Assembly (NCBI GenBank): GCA_016933055.1
Contig: JAFGBS010000009.1
Location: 660,001 to 692,000 of the forward strand
From: Promethearchaeota archaeon
GTDB taxonomy: Archaea > Asgardarchaeota > Lokiarchaeia > Sigyniarchaeales > Promethearchaeaceae
Direction of reading: 5' to 3'
Length of the DNA stretch: 32,000 bases
Shown: positions 8,978 through 18,325 of the stretch, in pieces
Layout: every line of letters starts with the position of its first letter
How positions within the stretch are numbered: the first letter of the stretch is position 1
Position numbers and translations under genes: made by a program
Notes under the pieces: generated by a model
Databases searched by the model: none
What the model was told of the DNA's origin: nothing
Seen by the model: the letters and a program-made list of their open reading frames with translations, nothing else

Positions 8978-10947
8978 TGTGCCATTTCCTCCCCTTTCAA
9001 AAGCGCCTTAATGCTTGCGCTGATGGACCTATAGGTAGAATTCTTCAGCTCAATGCTCCCCGATGGGCATGCAGCAGCACAAGAACCACACCCCTCACAT
9101 AATGCTTCACGAATCAGCACCTTATTTGATGTAGAATCATAATAGATAGCGCCGTATGGGCATACATGGATACAGGTATGGCATTTACCGCATGTTGTTT
9201 GTTCAATTTCAGCAATTTGTGGTGGTCTTTCCAAGGTTTTGTGAGATAATATTGTAATAGCTTTCGCTGCGGCTGCAGAAGCATTAGAAACTGTTTCAGG
9301 AATATCTTTGGGCCCAGATGCGGTTCCTGCAACAAATACTCCTGAAATTGCTGTTTCCACTGGTTTTAATTTCGGGTGTGCTTCTTTAATAAATCCTATA
9401 CTATCACATGATAATTTTAGAATACTAGAAATTTCTTTTGTTCCCTCACTTGGGATCAATCCATTTGCAAGAACGACCATGTCTGCATGTAATTCTACAC
9501 CTTCTCCCGCAATAGTGTTTACACCTCGAATTAAGATTCTATTTCCATCTTGTAATAGTTCCGAGACTTTTCCTCGAATATATATTACTCGTTCTTCTTC
9601 AGCAGCACGCTTATAAAATTCCTCATAATCCTTTCCGGCCGTTCGAACGTCGATATAAAAATTAATTGCCGTAGCATTGTGATTTAGGTGTTTAAATTGT
9701 AATGCATGCTTTGTTGCGTACATACAACAAATTTTCGAACAATAAGGAAGATGTTTAGCTGGATCTCGTGAACCCGTACAGTGAATGAATACAACCGTTT
9801 CAGGTTCCTTTCCATCGGATGGACGACGAATCACACCCGCAGTAGGACCGTTAGCTGACAATAAGCGTTCAAATTCTAAACCAGAAATTACATCTGGTAT
9901 GAGTCCATATCCATATTCCCCAATACTTTCGATTGGATAGGGTTCATAACCAGTAGCGACGATAATAGCGCCAAACGTATCTTCCATAATTTCCCCTCTC
10001 ATATCAAAATCCACTGCATCTTGTTCACATACTTCGGCGCATTTACTACAGATAAGAGGGTCAATTCCCAAGCAAGTTTTTGGGTCGATAACATAATAAG
10101 CGGGGACTGCTTGAGGGAATGCGATATAGATTGCTTTGCGGGGGGATAATCCCATATTGTATTCATCATGTACGACGACGGGACAAACCTCAACACAATC
10201 ATTACACATATTACACATTTCAGTGACATATCTGGGATTTTTACGGATTCTAACTTTAAAATTCCCTACAAATCCATCTACCACTTCTACTTCGGCACAT
10301 GTTAGAAGTTCAATTTTAGGATGATGACTTACCGCAACCATTTTTGGAGTTAATATACATTGCGAACAGTCAAGAGTTGGAAAAGTTTCGGCCAGTTGGG
10401 ACATGTGTCCACCAATTGAACTGGCTTTTTCGATTAGGGTCACATCATAACCCGAATCCGCAATGTCTAACGCAGATTGAATCCCTGCAATCCCTCCGCC
10501 TATAACAAGCGCTTTTTGTGTTACTGGGATCTCTAATGCAGTCAGAGGTGTATTCATTTTAACTCGCTCAATTGCAGATTCGATAATCTTGACGGCTTTA
10601 TTGGTCGCATCTTCTTTATTTTCATGCACCCAACTTACTTGCTCCCGAATATTAGCCATTTCTAATAGATAGGGATTCAAATCCGCTTCTTTTGTAGCAG
10701 ACATAAATGTTGGTTCATGCATATCACGTGAGCAAGCCGCTACTACCACTCTATTCAAATCTTTACTATGAATTGCCTCTTTCAGTAGATTTTGCCCAGG
10801 ATCGGAACACATATACATGTTTTCTTCTATAAAAGCAACATCATGCTTCTTTTTTATCTCTTCAATTGCTTTATCGATATCTACTGTGTGTGCAATATTT
10901 CTTCCACACCGACAAATAAACACCCCGATTCTTTTTTCCTCTGACAA
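8974..10947 (-). CDS. hdrA: Heterodisulfide reductase subunit A (bifurcating FAD/Fe-S subunit)
   Basis: IGVFICRCG, CSDPGQ, MANIREQVSWVH, VIGGGIAG, TFPTLDCSQC, HCTGSRD...CSKICC, inserted and C-terminal ferredoxin domains. TTG start. Confidence 0.95.
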   Translation of the reverse strand: MSEEKRIGVFICRCGRNIAHTVDIDKAIEEIKKKHDVAFIEENMYMCSDPGQNLLKEAIHSKDLNRVVVAACSRDMHEPTFMSATKEADLNPYLLEMANIREQVSWVHENKEDATNKAVKIIESAIERVKMNTPLTALEIPVTQKALVIGGGIAGIQSALDIADSGYDVTLIEKASSIGGHMSQLAETFPTLDCSQCILTPKMVAVSHHPKIELLTCAEVEVVDGFVGNFKVRIRKNPRYVTEMCNMCNDCVEVCPVVVHDEYNMGLSPRKAIYIAFPQAVPAYYVIDPKTCLGIDPLICSKCAEVCEQDAVDFDMRGEIMEDTFGAIIVATGYEPYPIESIGEYGYGLIPDVISGLEFERLLSANGPTAGVIRRPSDGKEPETVVFIHCTGSRDPAKHLPYCSKICCMYATKHALQFKHLNHNATAINFYIDVRTAGKDYEEFYKRAAEEERVIYIRGKVSELLQDGNRILIRGVNTIAGEGVELHADMVVLANGLIPSEGTKEISSILKLSCDSIGFIKEAHPKLKPVETAISGVFVAGTASGPKDIPETVSNASAAAAKAITILSHKTLERPPQIAEIEQTTCGKCHTCIHVCPYGAIYYDSTSNKVLIREALCEGCGSCAAACPSGSIELKNSTYRSISASIKALLKGEEMAQ

Positions 10948-10963
10948 TGTTCTCTACTTTCCC

Positions 10964-11506
10964 TCATCCTTTATGATTCTTGCCAAGATTGAATGCCTTG
11001 ATATTATTTTCAATAAATCGAGCTCGAACCTTATCTTTCATAACTTTCATAAAATCTTTTTCTTTAAACAAATCCGTATTAGCACACACATATCCCAACA
11101 TACAGATGTTCGCGTAAAGCTTACTTCCGAGGGTTTCTGCTAATGCAGTTGCAGGTATCTTAAAAATCTTAGATGCCTTCTTTGCATGAGCATCTAAGAT
11201 AACCAGATCTTCCTCCACAAACATAACTCCCCTTTCCTTCATTCTTCCTATATATTTTGTATATGCTTCTTCTGACATACAAACGAAATAATCATAATGA
11301 GTTGCTTTAGGAAAATCAATTTCGGTAGTATCAATTACGACATCCGAACTGCTTGCTCCTCCTCTACTTTCCGGTCCATAGGATTGAGTCATGATTGCAG
11401 TCTTTCCCTTTTCGTGCAATGCAATTGTTTCACCCACAAGCCGACCCATGAGGGCTATGCCTTGCCCTCCAAATCCCGCAAATCGCACTTCAATACGATC
11501 CGACAC
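10964..11506 (-). CDS. korC: 2-oxoacid:ferredoxin oxidoreductase gamma subunit
   Basis: FAGFGGQGI, QSYGPESRGGASSSDV, NICMLG. GTG start. Confidence 0.9.
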   Translation of the reverse strand: MSDRIEVRFAGFGGQGIALMGRLVGETIALHEKGKTAIMTQSYGPESRGGASSSDVVIDTTEIDFPKATHYDYFVCMSEEAYTKYIGRMKERGVMFVEEDLVILDAHAKKASKIFKIPATALAETLGSKLYANICMLGYVCANTDLFKEKDFMKVMKDKVRARFIENNIKAFNLGKNHKG

Positions 11507-11509
11507 TAT

Positions 11510-12379
11510 CTACAACTCCGGTTTTACATTTTTCGCCATTTTATGCAGGCGTAATAAATTATCAGTTAAAGTTGGTTTTTGGATCTCCACAAATTTTCCT
11601 ACAATAATCGGACCATCCTTTTGTATTTGTGCTTTCATGGGATCAATTCCGTGTTGGAGAATCGTTCTATTTTTAAAGTTCTCTAATATGGTTAAACCAT
11701 CTCGTAGTTGGTTTCTACGACCATATGTGGTTGGGCATGCTCCTAGAATTTCAACAAATGAGAATCCTTTATGCAATAAAGCCTCGACGAAACTTTCTTT
11801 CATTCTTCGAACATCTAAAGCTGTCCAGCGGGAGACATACGTTGCACCACACGAAGCTGCAAGCGCTGGGAGGTTAAAAGGCTCCTCTATATTACCGTAT
11901 GGGCTGGTTGTTTGATATTGCCCAATATAGCTCGTTGGTCCTACCTGACCTCCTGTCATTCCATATTGAAAATTATTCACACAAAAAACTGTAATATCCG
12001 CATTCCTTCGAGCAGCATGAATTAAGTGATTTCCACCAATGGACGCGATATCTCCATCCCCGGAGATAACAATCACCTTTCGGTTCGGATCAGTAATGCC
12101 TAAACCAATAGCGAAGGGGAGAGCTCGACCATGAGTAGTATGAAAAGAGTCGAAATTTAGATATCCCGCAGCTCTCCCCGTGCATCCAATACCTGAGACT
12201 ATGGCGATATTTTTGGGGTCAATTTCGGATTCGATGATAGCTTCAATAACTACGGTCGTTATACTTCCCAGTGAGCAACCCGAGCACCATATATGTGGAA
12301 TTCGACCGGGTCGTAAATAGGAGTCCAAGGGATGGGCTTCTGCATCTAAAATCATACTATTTGATTCTTTCTTAATCAT
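11510..12379 (-). CDS. korB: 2-oxoacid:ferredoxin oxidoreductase beta subunit (TPP-binding)
   Basis: WCSGC, SGIGCTGR, HTTHGRA, SGDGD, NNFQYGMTGGQ, CPT. Confidence 0.92.
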   Translation of the reverse strand: MIKKESNSMILDAEAHPLDSYLRPGRIPHIWCSGCSLGSITTVVIEAIIESEIDPKNIAIVSGIGCTGRAAGYLNFDSFHTTHGRALPFAIGLGITDPNRKVIVISGDGDIASIGGNHLIHAARRNADITVFCVNNFQYGMTGGQVGPTSYIGQYQTTSPYGNIEEPFNLPALAASCGATYVSRWTALDVRRMKESFVEALLHKGFSFVEILGACPTTYGRRNQLRDGLTILENFKNRTILQHGIDPMKAQIQKDGPIIVGKFVEIQKPTLTDNLLRLHKMAKNVKPEL

Positions 12380-13548
12380 ATCTTTTCCTCCATTTCTTTT
12401 AGGATCTCTGCGGGTGTGTGTATTGATCCCCCCAATTTGAGTATTCCATATACATCCGCCTTCTGTTTTGCTGCAGCTCTTTGTACTTCCCGAGTGATTT
12501 GTCCATTATTAATTTCCACAACAAATATTACTTTGGCTTTTTTTGCCATTTCTTGTATTGCTTCATCCGCAAAAGGCCATATTGTAATTAATCGCAACAA
12601 TCCCGCTTTTATTCCTTTATTACGGGCAAGATTTACAGCACCTTTCGCTGCACGTGAGCTTATACCAAACGAAATTAAAACATATTCTGCATCTTCCAGC
12701 AAATATTCTTCAAATTTAATAATATCGTTCTTGTTCAGTAAAATTTTATTACATAAGCGTTTTACAATCTTTTTCTGCGCGCTGGCGTTTATAACCGGGT
12801 ATCCTCTTGCATCATGAGTGAGTCCAGTTGTGATAGTTCGATATCCCTCTCCAGCTACGGCCATTGGAGGAATTAGATCTTTATCGGCTTCGTATGGAAG
12901 ATGTATTTGTTGTCCGGGTTTATCAGATGGCTTTTTGCGATTCAATCTCTTTACTTGACTTCTTTTTGGGATTACTAATCGTTCACTCATATGCCCAATG
13001 GTTTCATCCATCAATATGGTTACTGGAACACGATATTTTTCCGCATAATTAAACGCATCTATTGCTAAATCGAAACATTCTTGAACGCTATTTGGGGAAA
13101 GTGCTATAATTTCATAATCTCCATGAGACCCCCAACGTGCTTGTTGAACATCCTGCTGACCGACTAAGGTGGGTAATCCAGTCGATGGCCCCCCCCGTTG
13201 CACATTAACAATTACACAAGGGGTTTCCATCATCACCCCGAGACCAATATTCTCCACCATAAGAGAATACCCAGGACCAGAAGTTGCTGTGCAGGATTTC
13301 CATCCTCCCCAACTGGCGCCAAGAACTGAAGCGATTGAGGCTAATTCATCCTCAAATTGCACAAAATGTCCTCCCACTTGCGGGAGACGTTCTGCCATAT
13401 GCTCCGCCACTTCTGAACTCGGTGTAATTGGATATCCTCCAAAGTACTTGCATCCCGCAGCTAGGGATCCTTCTGCAACAGCAAGATTTCCAGTTGTGAA
13501 ATATTCTCCAGTTAATATATCCGGAATTTCTTCAGTTTTCTTACTCAC
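12376..13548 (-). CDS. korA: 2-oxoacid:ferredoxin oxidoreductase alpha subunit
   Basis: TGNLAVAEG, YPITPSSE, QFEDELAS, TATSGPG, NVQRGGPSTGLPT. GTG start overlapping the korD stop (GTGA). Confidence 0.92.
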   Translation of the reverse strand: MSKKTEEIPDILTGEYFTTGNLAVAEGSLAAGCKYFGGYPITPSSEVAEHMAERLPQVGGHFVQFEDELASIASVLGASWGGWKSCTATSGPGYSLMVENIGLGVMMETPCVIVNVQRGGPSTGLPTLVGQQDVQQARWGSHGDYEIIALSPNSVQECFDLAIDAFNYAEKYRVPVTILMDETIGHMSERLVIPKRSQVKRLNRKKPSDKPGQQIHLPYEADKDLIPPMAVAGEGYRTITTGLTHDARGYPVINASAQKKIVKRLCNKILLNKNDIIKFEEYLLEDAEYVLISFGISSRAAKGAVNLARNKGIKAGLLRLITIWPFADEAIQEMAKKAKVIFVVEINNGQITREVQRAAAKQKADVYGILKLGGSIHTPAEILKEMEEKI

Positions 13549-13856
13549 TTTTTCTCCCCCTTATCAGGTATTTTAACGAATATTGCAAATTCTGGACAAA
13601 TTAACTCGCAAAAATGACATTCTGCACATTCATCAAACGAATCTCCTTTCTTTAATCGAGGTGGATGGAAACCCTTTTGGTTGATCTCATCTGAAACTTC
13701 AAGAATTTGTTCTGGACAATAATTTATACAAAATCCACATTCTTTGCAACGTGATTTTATTACAAATATTTGAGGTTTTGCATGACTCCACTTATCTAAA
13801 TCAACGAAAGCGGGCCATTCTGCTTTCTTCTTCTTGCGATCAAAACTTGCATTCAT
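13545..13856 (-). CDS. korD: 2-oxoacid:ferredoxin oxidoreductase delta subunit (2x[4Fe-4S] ferredoxin-like)
   Basis: CKECGFCINYCP and CAECHFCELICPEFAI; first gene of the operon. Confidence 0.88.
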   Translation of the reverse strand: MNASFDRKKKKAEWPAFVDLDKWSHAKPQIFVIKSRCKECGFCINYCPEQILEVSDEINQKGFHPPRLKKGDSFDECAECHFCELICPEFAIFVKIPDKGEKK

Positions 13857-13916
13857 TTCTACTGATCCTGCTGGATGGTTGGTTCACTGATGGTAACCTA
13901 AAGCAAATTCTTGTTT

Positions 13917-13932
13917 CTTATAAGTTTTATTA
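13917..13932 (-). promoter_or_regulatory. Candidate BRE/TATA box of the kor-hdr-mvh-frd operon
   Basis: Minus strand reads TAATAAAAC-TTATAAG, about 60 nt upstream of the korD ATG: purine-rich BRE-like run directly before TTATAA. Confidence 0.5.
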
Positions 13933-13950
13933 AGATGAGCGAGCGGTAAA

Positions 13951-13970
13951 ATTCCCATTATTATGGGAAT
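13951..13970. promoter_or_regulatory. Perfect inverted repeat ATTCCCAT-N4-ATGGGAAT (candidate operator)
   Basis: 8-bp arms at 13951-13958 and 13963-13970 in the divergent intergenic region, about 27 nt upstream of the candidate TATA. Function is inferred. Confidence 0.45.
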
Positions 13971-14253
13971 AAGTCATCATCTGTGTCTCGATTAGTTAAC
14001 ATTACTTCGTATGTGGATTATATAAAATTATTATACTTTGAGTAATCATATTTCACCGAGGTTAAAGAAAATTAAAAGAATCTTAATGCATCCGATCTAA
14101 AAAATGAATAAGCATCTTAGCACATTGCTTTTAAAAAAGCAGATATTTTATTAAAGGTTAAATTACTGCATCTTTCAAATAGATCTGAAAAAAAAACCAA
14201 CAATCCTAACGTCACATATATACTTAAATAATTTCCAAAGTTTTAATATAGTT

Positions 14254-14988
14254 ATGAGTTCTCGAACCACGATAGCATATAAACCTTTAATTAATGCAGG
14301 TACCGCTATTTTAACCATAAGATTATTTACAACAATTTATTCTGGGTCTATAATAATATTGGTTGTTCTTATACCATCGATTTCTTCAATTCTTTCTATT
14401 CTTCTGCAAGTTCCTACTTACATTGGGTTCTTAGCTAGTCTGTTATTGTTAATATTCATTCTCAAAACATTCCAACGAATGGAAATAGACCCTAGAATAA
14501 CATCAGATAATAAAAACAGAATAAAAGTTGGTAAAATATCTACACTCATTTTAATAATCATTCTTTCATTAGTTGGCATATTCTACATGGTAGTCGTTAT
14601 TTTCTATGTTGAGCTAAGTCTCATAACTCTATCGGAAATAATGGCATATATTTTGATCTATTCATTGATTGTTCTTGAGATAATAAATGGGATCTTCGTC
14701 ATAATCACCTTTGTATGTTTAAGCAAGATCCTTTGGGGGTTTGATGATCTAGTGGAATTAAGGATCTTTCTCCATTTTACAAGATGGTATGGGATTTTTG
14801 TTGCAATAGGTCAATTGATTGCTGGCATAACTCTAATTGTTCTCTTACCTACAGGTAGTACTGTATTTATAGAGATACTCTTAATTGTATCTCTTACCAG
14901 TTCAATTTTTACTGGTATAGCCGGAATTTTCCAAATTGTTATTGCTATCGGATTCATCTTAATTGGAAGACGACTAAACATCTCTTAA
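14254..14988 (+). CDS. Hypothetical integral membrane protein (about 6 TM segments)
   Basis: 244-aa ORF, almost wholly hydrophobic segments; fills the gap and is followed by a T-tract at about 14995-15001. No family recognised. Confidence 0.7.
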   Translation: MSSRTTIAYKPLINAGTAILTIRLFTTIYSGSIIILVVLIPSISSILSILLQVPTYIGFLASLLLLIFILKTFQRMEIDPRITSDNKNRIKVGKISTLILIIILSLVGIFYMVVVIFYVELSLITLSEIMAYILIYSLIVLEIINGIFVIITFVCLSKILWGFDDLVELRIFLHFTRWYGIFVAIGQLIAGITLIVLLPTGSTVFIEILLIVSLTSSIFTGIAGIFQIVIAIGFILIGRRLNIS

Positions 14989-15067
14989 TACTCTTTTTTT
15001 TGCAATTATCCTGATTGGTGTTAATATATATAGGAGATTAATGAGAAATAGAAAAAAAAATAGTGGT

Positions 15068-16510
15068 TTATTCCAATACATTAAAAGTTTGTAACATGGT
15101 ATATTCTGGGCTACGAAAGGTTAAGATTGCAGTACTACCATTGATTTCAACATCCAAATACCCATGTTGTCCACTTAGATACCATATTGATCCTGTACCT
15201 TGTTGACTCACTACTTTAGTTGTATAATCGGGATCGGGATGACCACCAAAGGCTCCAATAATGTTGTAAACGATACCAGAATTGTTTAAAATCTCCATAT
15301 GATGATTATGTCCAGAAAAAACCATATCAATATCGTGTTCAATAAAGAGATCCTCGAATTCGGAGATCATAGCTTGATTATCCCACCAAGATTCTCCGTC
15401 AACAAAATAACCGGATGAATAATACATCGCATGATTCATTATCAGAACCCAATCATCATTTGATACCCCATTAAGTTCACTTTCAAACCATCTTCGTTGG
15501 GCTCTTGTATAGCTCTCGGTACCCCATTCCAAATCCAAAACAAACACATGAATTCCGTTGATGTTGATGTGAAAATAATCTCTTGGACTATTAGGAATTA
15601 GTTCGGGGGAAAAATAGTCTCTCCATAGAGTTTTACCACCAAACATGGTATCATGGTTACCAATCATGGGTCGATAAGGGATGCTGGTCACATAAGGGGA
15701 CATGAATTCCATTGCTTCTTTATATTGAGCATCAAATAAACCATATTCAACCATATCTCCCAAATTAAATAGTACATCATAATTATGACTTATGATATTT
15801 TCTAGGATTCCATATGTAGCTGTACGATTGGCATTATCAGCCCCAAAATGCAAATCAGAAGACACAGCAAAATGCAAATAGTTGGGAGTATCGATTGGTG
15901 TAGTGAAATTATACACATTACCATCATTAATTTTATAGTAATACGTTGTGTTTGGTTCCAAAGTATCGAGAAGAAACGCATGAGTCTTAGATGAGGATGT
16001 TTCAGTTTTTTCAATCAGTTCTAATGCAAGAGTAGTACCCCAATAAAGGGTATTGGTAGTTTTTTCTTGTGTATAAAAAGTCACCGCCATATTAGGGACA
16101 TTATTTATGCCTACTCCTCCTAATAAAAGTAATTGTGGAGCTTTGTCTCCCACGCGCCTTAAGGATACTGTTCCTAAGTACCCAAATCCTCCAAGAGATA
16201 TAATTAATCCCAATATCAAGAATACCACCGTTATTCGGGATGGTAATCGTTTAATTTCAGTTCTTCCAATCGATGCTACTAAAAAATCTACTCCTACCAG
16301 CATAAAAAGGAGAATATCTAATACAATTATATAAATAACATATTTTCGAACCCAATTCACCCAAGAAATCAATCCTATGTCTCCGGGGATAGCGAAGATA
16401 TATATAATCAACCCGCTAAACATGAGAAGGGGTATAATCAACAAGCTTAATCTAAAAATTAGTTGTTTTTTGGAAAGATTCTTGTAATATGTTCGAATTT
16501 TTGAGAACAT
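15068..16510 (-). CDS. Membrane-anchored calcineurin-like metallophosphoesterase with FN3/PAP-N-like domain
   Basis: Three N-terminal TM helices; LYWG...HAFLLDTLEPNTTYYYKI (FN3-like); SDLH, LGDMVEY, GNHD, MNH, GHNH metal-binding motifs. Confidence 0.85.
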   Translation of the reverse strand: MFSKIRTYYKNLSKKQLIFRLSLLIIPLLMFSGLIIYIFAIPGDIGLISWVNWVRKYVIYIIVLDILLFMLVGVDFLVASIGRTEIKRLPSRITVVFLILGLIISLGGFGYLGTVSLRRVGDKAPQLLLLGGVGINNVPNMAVTFYTQEKTTNTLYWGTTLALELIEKTETSSSKTHAFLLDTLEPNTTYYYKINDGNVYNFTTPIDTPNYLHFAVSSDLHFGADNANRTATYGILENIISHNYDVLFNLGDMVEYGLFDAQYKEAMEFMSPYVTSIPYRPMIGNHDTMFGGKTLWRDYFSPELIPNSPRDYFHININGIHVFVLDLEWGTESYTRAQRRWFESELNGVSNDDWVLIMNHAMYYSSGYFVDGESWWDNQAMISEFEDLFIEHDIDMVFSGHNHHMEILNNSGIVYNIIGAFGGHPDPDYTTKVVSQQGTGSIWYLSGQHGYLDVEINGSTAILTFRSPEYTMLQTFNVLE

Positions 16511-16628
16511 AATTACTTTTTCTGTACGTAAGTCTAAAAAAATTTACATCATTATATATTGCAAAAATAGAAATTGCGAAAAATATAATAATTTCTAAAT
16601 TTTGTGGCTGTATCCAAGAAGGAAGAAA

Positions 16629-18140
16629 TTATAATTTCGAATTTTCATTTTTTTTTTTTGCAATAGCTTTTAATTTCAGTTCCAATGCTTTTTTCATACG
16701 ATTATAGCGTTCTCCCACAATAGGGAAAAAATAAATTGCGAACCATCCCACAAACATGCAAATAGCTGGAATTAATCCGATAACCATTCCCGATGCACTG
16801 GCCAATGCATTATAATCTCGTATTTCTGGAGGTAACTGATAGGTTGCAGGAACAAGGATTGCTAAAGCGATCACATCAGCAGCCCAATGGGAAGGTTTCG
16901 AGAAAAGAGCTGTCAAACCAATGTAATTACCTGCTTTATTGGTTCCTGTTCGGTAGTAATCATCATCAATAATATCACTCATAAATGGGTCTAAATAGAT
17001 GAATGGTCCTGGTATTCCCATTGCAATAATAAATGCACCAATATATCTCACAAATGTTTGCCCACCTAACCATAAGGTTAATCCTCCTACCACATAATTT
17101 GTGGTAGCAAACAAAAGTGAATTACGAATGCTGGAATTTTTATTAATTAACAATAATATCGCAACTCCCACAATCGCACCCCCAACTAAAGAACCAATAA
17201 AAATATACATCTCTATAGGATTATCTCTAAATGCAAAATCAATATAATTAGGAAGATTTGAGGTGAAAATATGGTAAGTAAGTACGTGTCCTACATCATA
17301 TACCATATAGCATATGAATCCGGGACTATTAAACCGGAATTTTCCCTCTTTAAACGAAAAACCGATAATACTCCAAACAGTTTTAAAAAATGGTAAATTT
17401 GACCGACCGAATTCTGCGGGTTTATCTATCTCACGGATTGAATAACTCATAAAAACAAATGATCCTACGACCACTATTCCAATTATGGTAATTACGATAG
17501 AAAATAAGATCTTATTCCTTTCCGAGGGAAAAGCCACGAGTGCGTTCGGAATCACTACACCTGTAGCAACCCCAACTAATGATAGTGCAATTGCAGCGTA
17601 TTGAACTTTACTTCGCTTCCGGTGGTCCAAGCTTAATCTATTAAGCATTCCACTCTTTGCAACTATCACAATAGTATAAAATGTATCAAATAACAATAAT
17701 ACCACTAACAGATAAAGGGATAGAGGAGAAACTTGGATTCCTTTGATAGTTAGAAAATTGAATTCAAAAAACGGTGTAGAAGATATTCCTTCAATGGGAT
17801 TCAGCATAAAAATAAAGGAAATGCCCAATAGCGGACCTAAAAACCGTATATATGGAGTAAATCTACCAATCCGGGTATTGGTACGATCTACAATAGCCCC
17901 CGAAATAGGATCGTTGATTGCATTCCAAATTGTAAACACTAGCATGAAAAATGCATAGGTGCTTGCATTGATTCCCATCCAGTTGGGGTCAGTATAGAAT
18001 TTGAAAAGCGTGCTACCAAAAATCGAAGCGCACAAAGCACCAGCCATAGTGCCAAGTCCAAAACCAGCTATATCTCTCCTTTTGACTTCTACTACATCAA
18101 CTTTTGGTATGTAGTATTTTTGTTTTCGGTTTGCTTTCAT
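16629..18140 (-). CDS. MFS glycoside-pentoside-hexuronide (MelB-like) cation symporter
   Basis: WNAINDPISGAIVDRTNTRIGRFTPY signature; DPFMSDIIDDDYYRTG; about 12 hydrophobic segments. Confidence 0.85.
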   Translation of the reverse strand: MKANRKQKYYIPKVDVVEVKRRDIAGFGLGTMAGALCASIFGSTLFKFYTDPNWMGINASTYAFFMLVFTIWNAINDPISGAIVDRTNTRIGRFTPYIRFLGPLLGISFIFMLNPIEGISSTPFFEFNFLTIKGIQVSPLSLYLLVVLLLFDTFYTIVIVAKSGMLNRLSLDHRKRSKVQYAAIALSLVGVATGVVIPNALVAFPSERNKILFSIVITIIGIVVVGSFVFMSYSIREIDKPAEFGRSNLPFFKTVWSIIGFSFKEGKFRFNSPGFICYMVYDVGHVLTYHIFTSNLPNYIDFAFRDNPIEMYIFIGSLVGGAIVGVAILLLINKNSSIRNSLLFATTNYVVGGLTLWLGGQTFVRYIGAFIIAMGIPGPFIYLDPFMSDIIDDDYYRTGTNKAGNYIGLTALFSKPSHWAADVIALAILVPATYQLPPEIRDYNALASASGMVIGLIPAICMFVGWFAIYFFPIVGERYNRMKKALELKLKAIAKKKNENSKL

Positions 18141-18325
18141 GCAATCAACGAAATGCTTTTACTAAAACAATTGTCTATAAGATTAAATATTACTATGGAT
18201 GAATGATTTAAAATTCATTTAATTTTAGGAATTGAAATATGTGATTTTTTTCCGATTCAGATGCTATTAGATGGATAACGATTGAATCACGTACCTAAAT
18301 GCTTAATTTTAAAAAATAACTTGGA

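Noticed and set aside
6036-10947. Selenocysteine recoding in HdrA, MvhD or MvhA/VhuU, with SECIS elements
   Set aside because: All ORFs are uninterrupted and every usual Sec position is a Cys codon; no in-frame TGA needs read-through.
1258-13933. Short alternative-frame or antisense ORFs in the track over the epimerase and redox operon (e.g. 1258-1512, 2450-2650, 4671-5099, 6195-6473, 9308-9616, 11391-11915, 12416-12817, 13169-13576, 13751-13933)
   Set aside because: They lie wholly or largely inside well-supported genes, have no recognisable motifs, and read like shadow translations.
16648-16659. T12 run as a frameshift or phase-variation site
   Set aside because: It encodes the lysine-rich extreme C-terminus (KKKN) of an intact transporter, so slippage would change only a few terminal residues.
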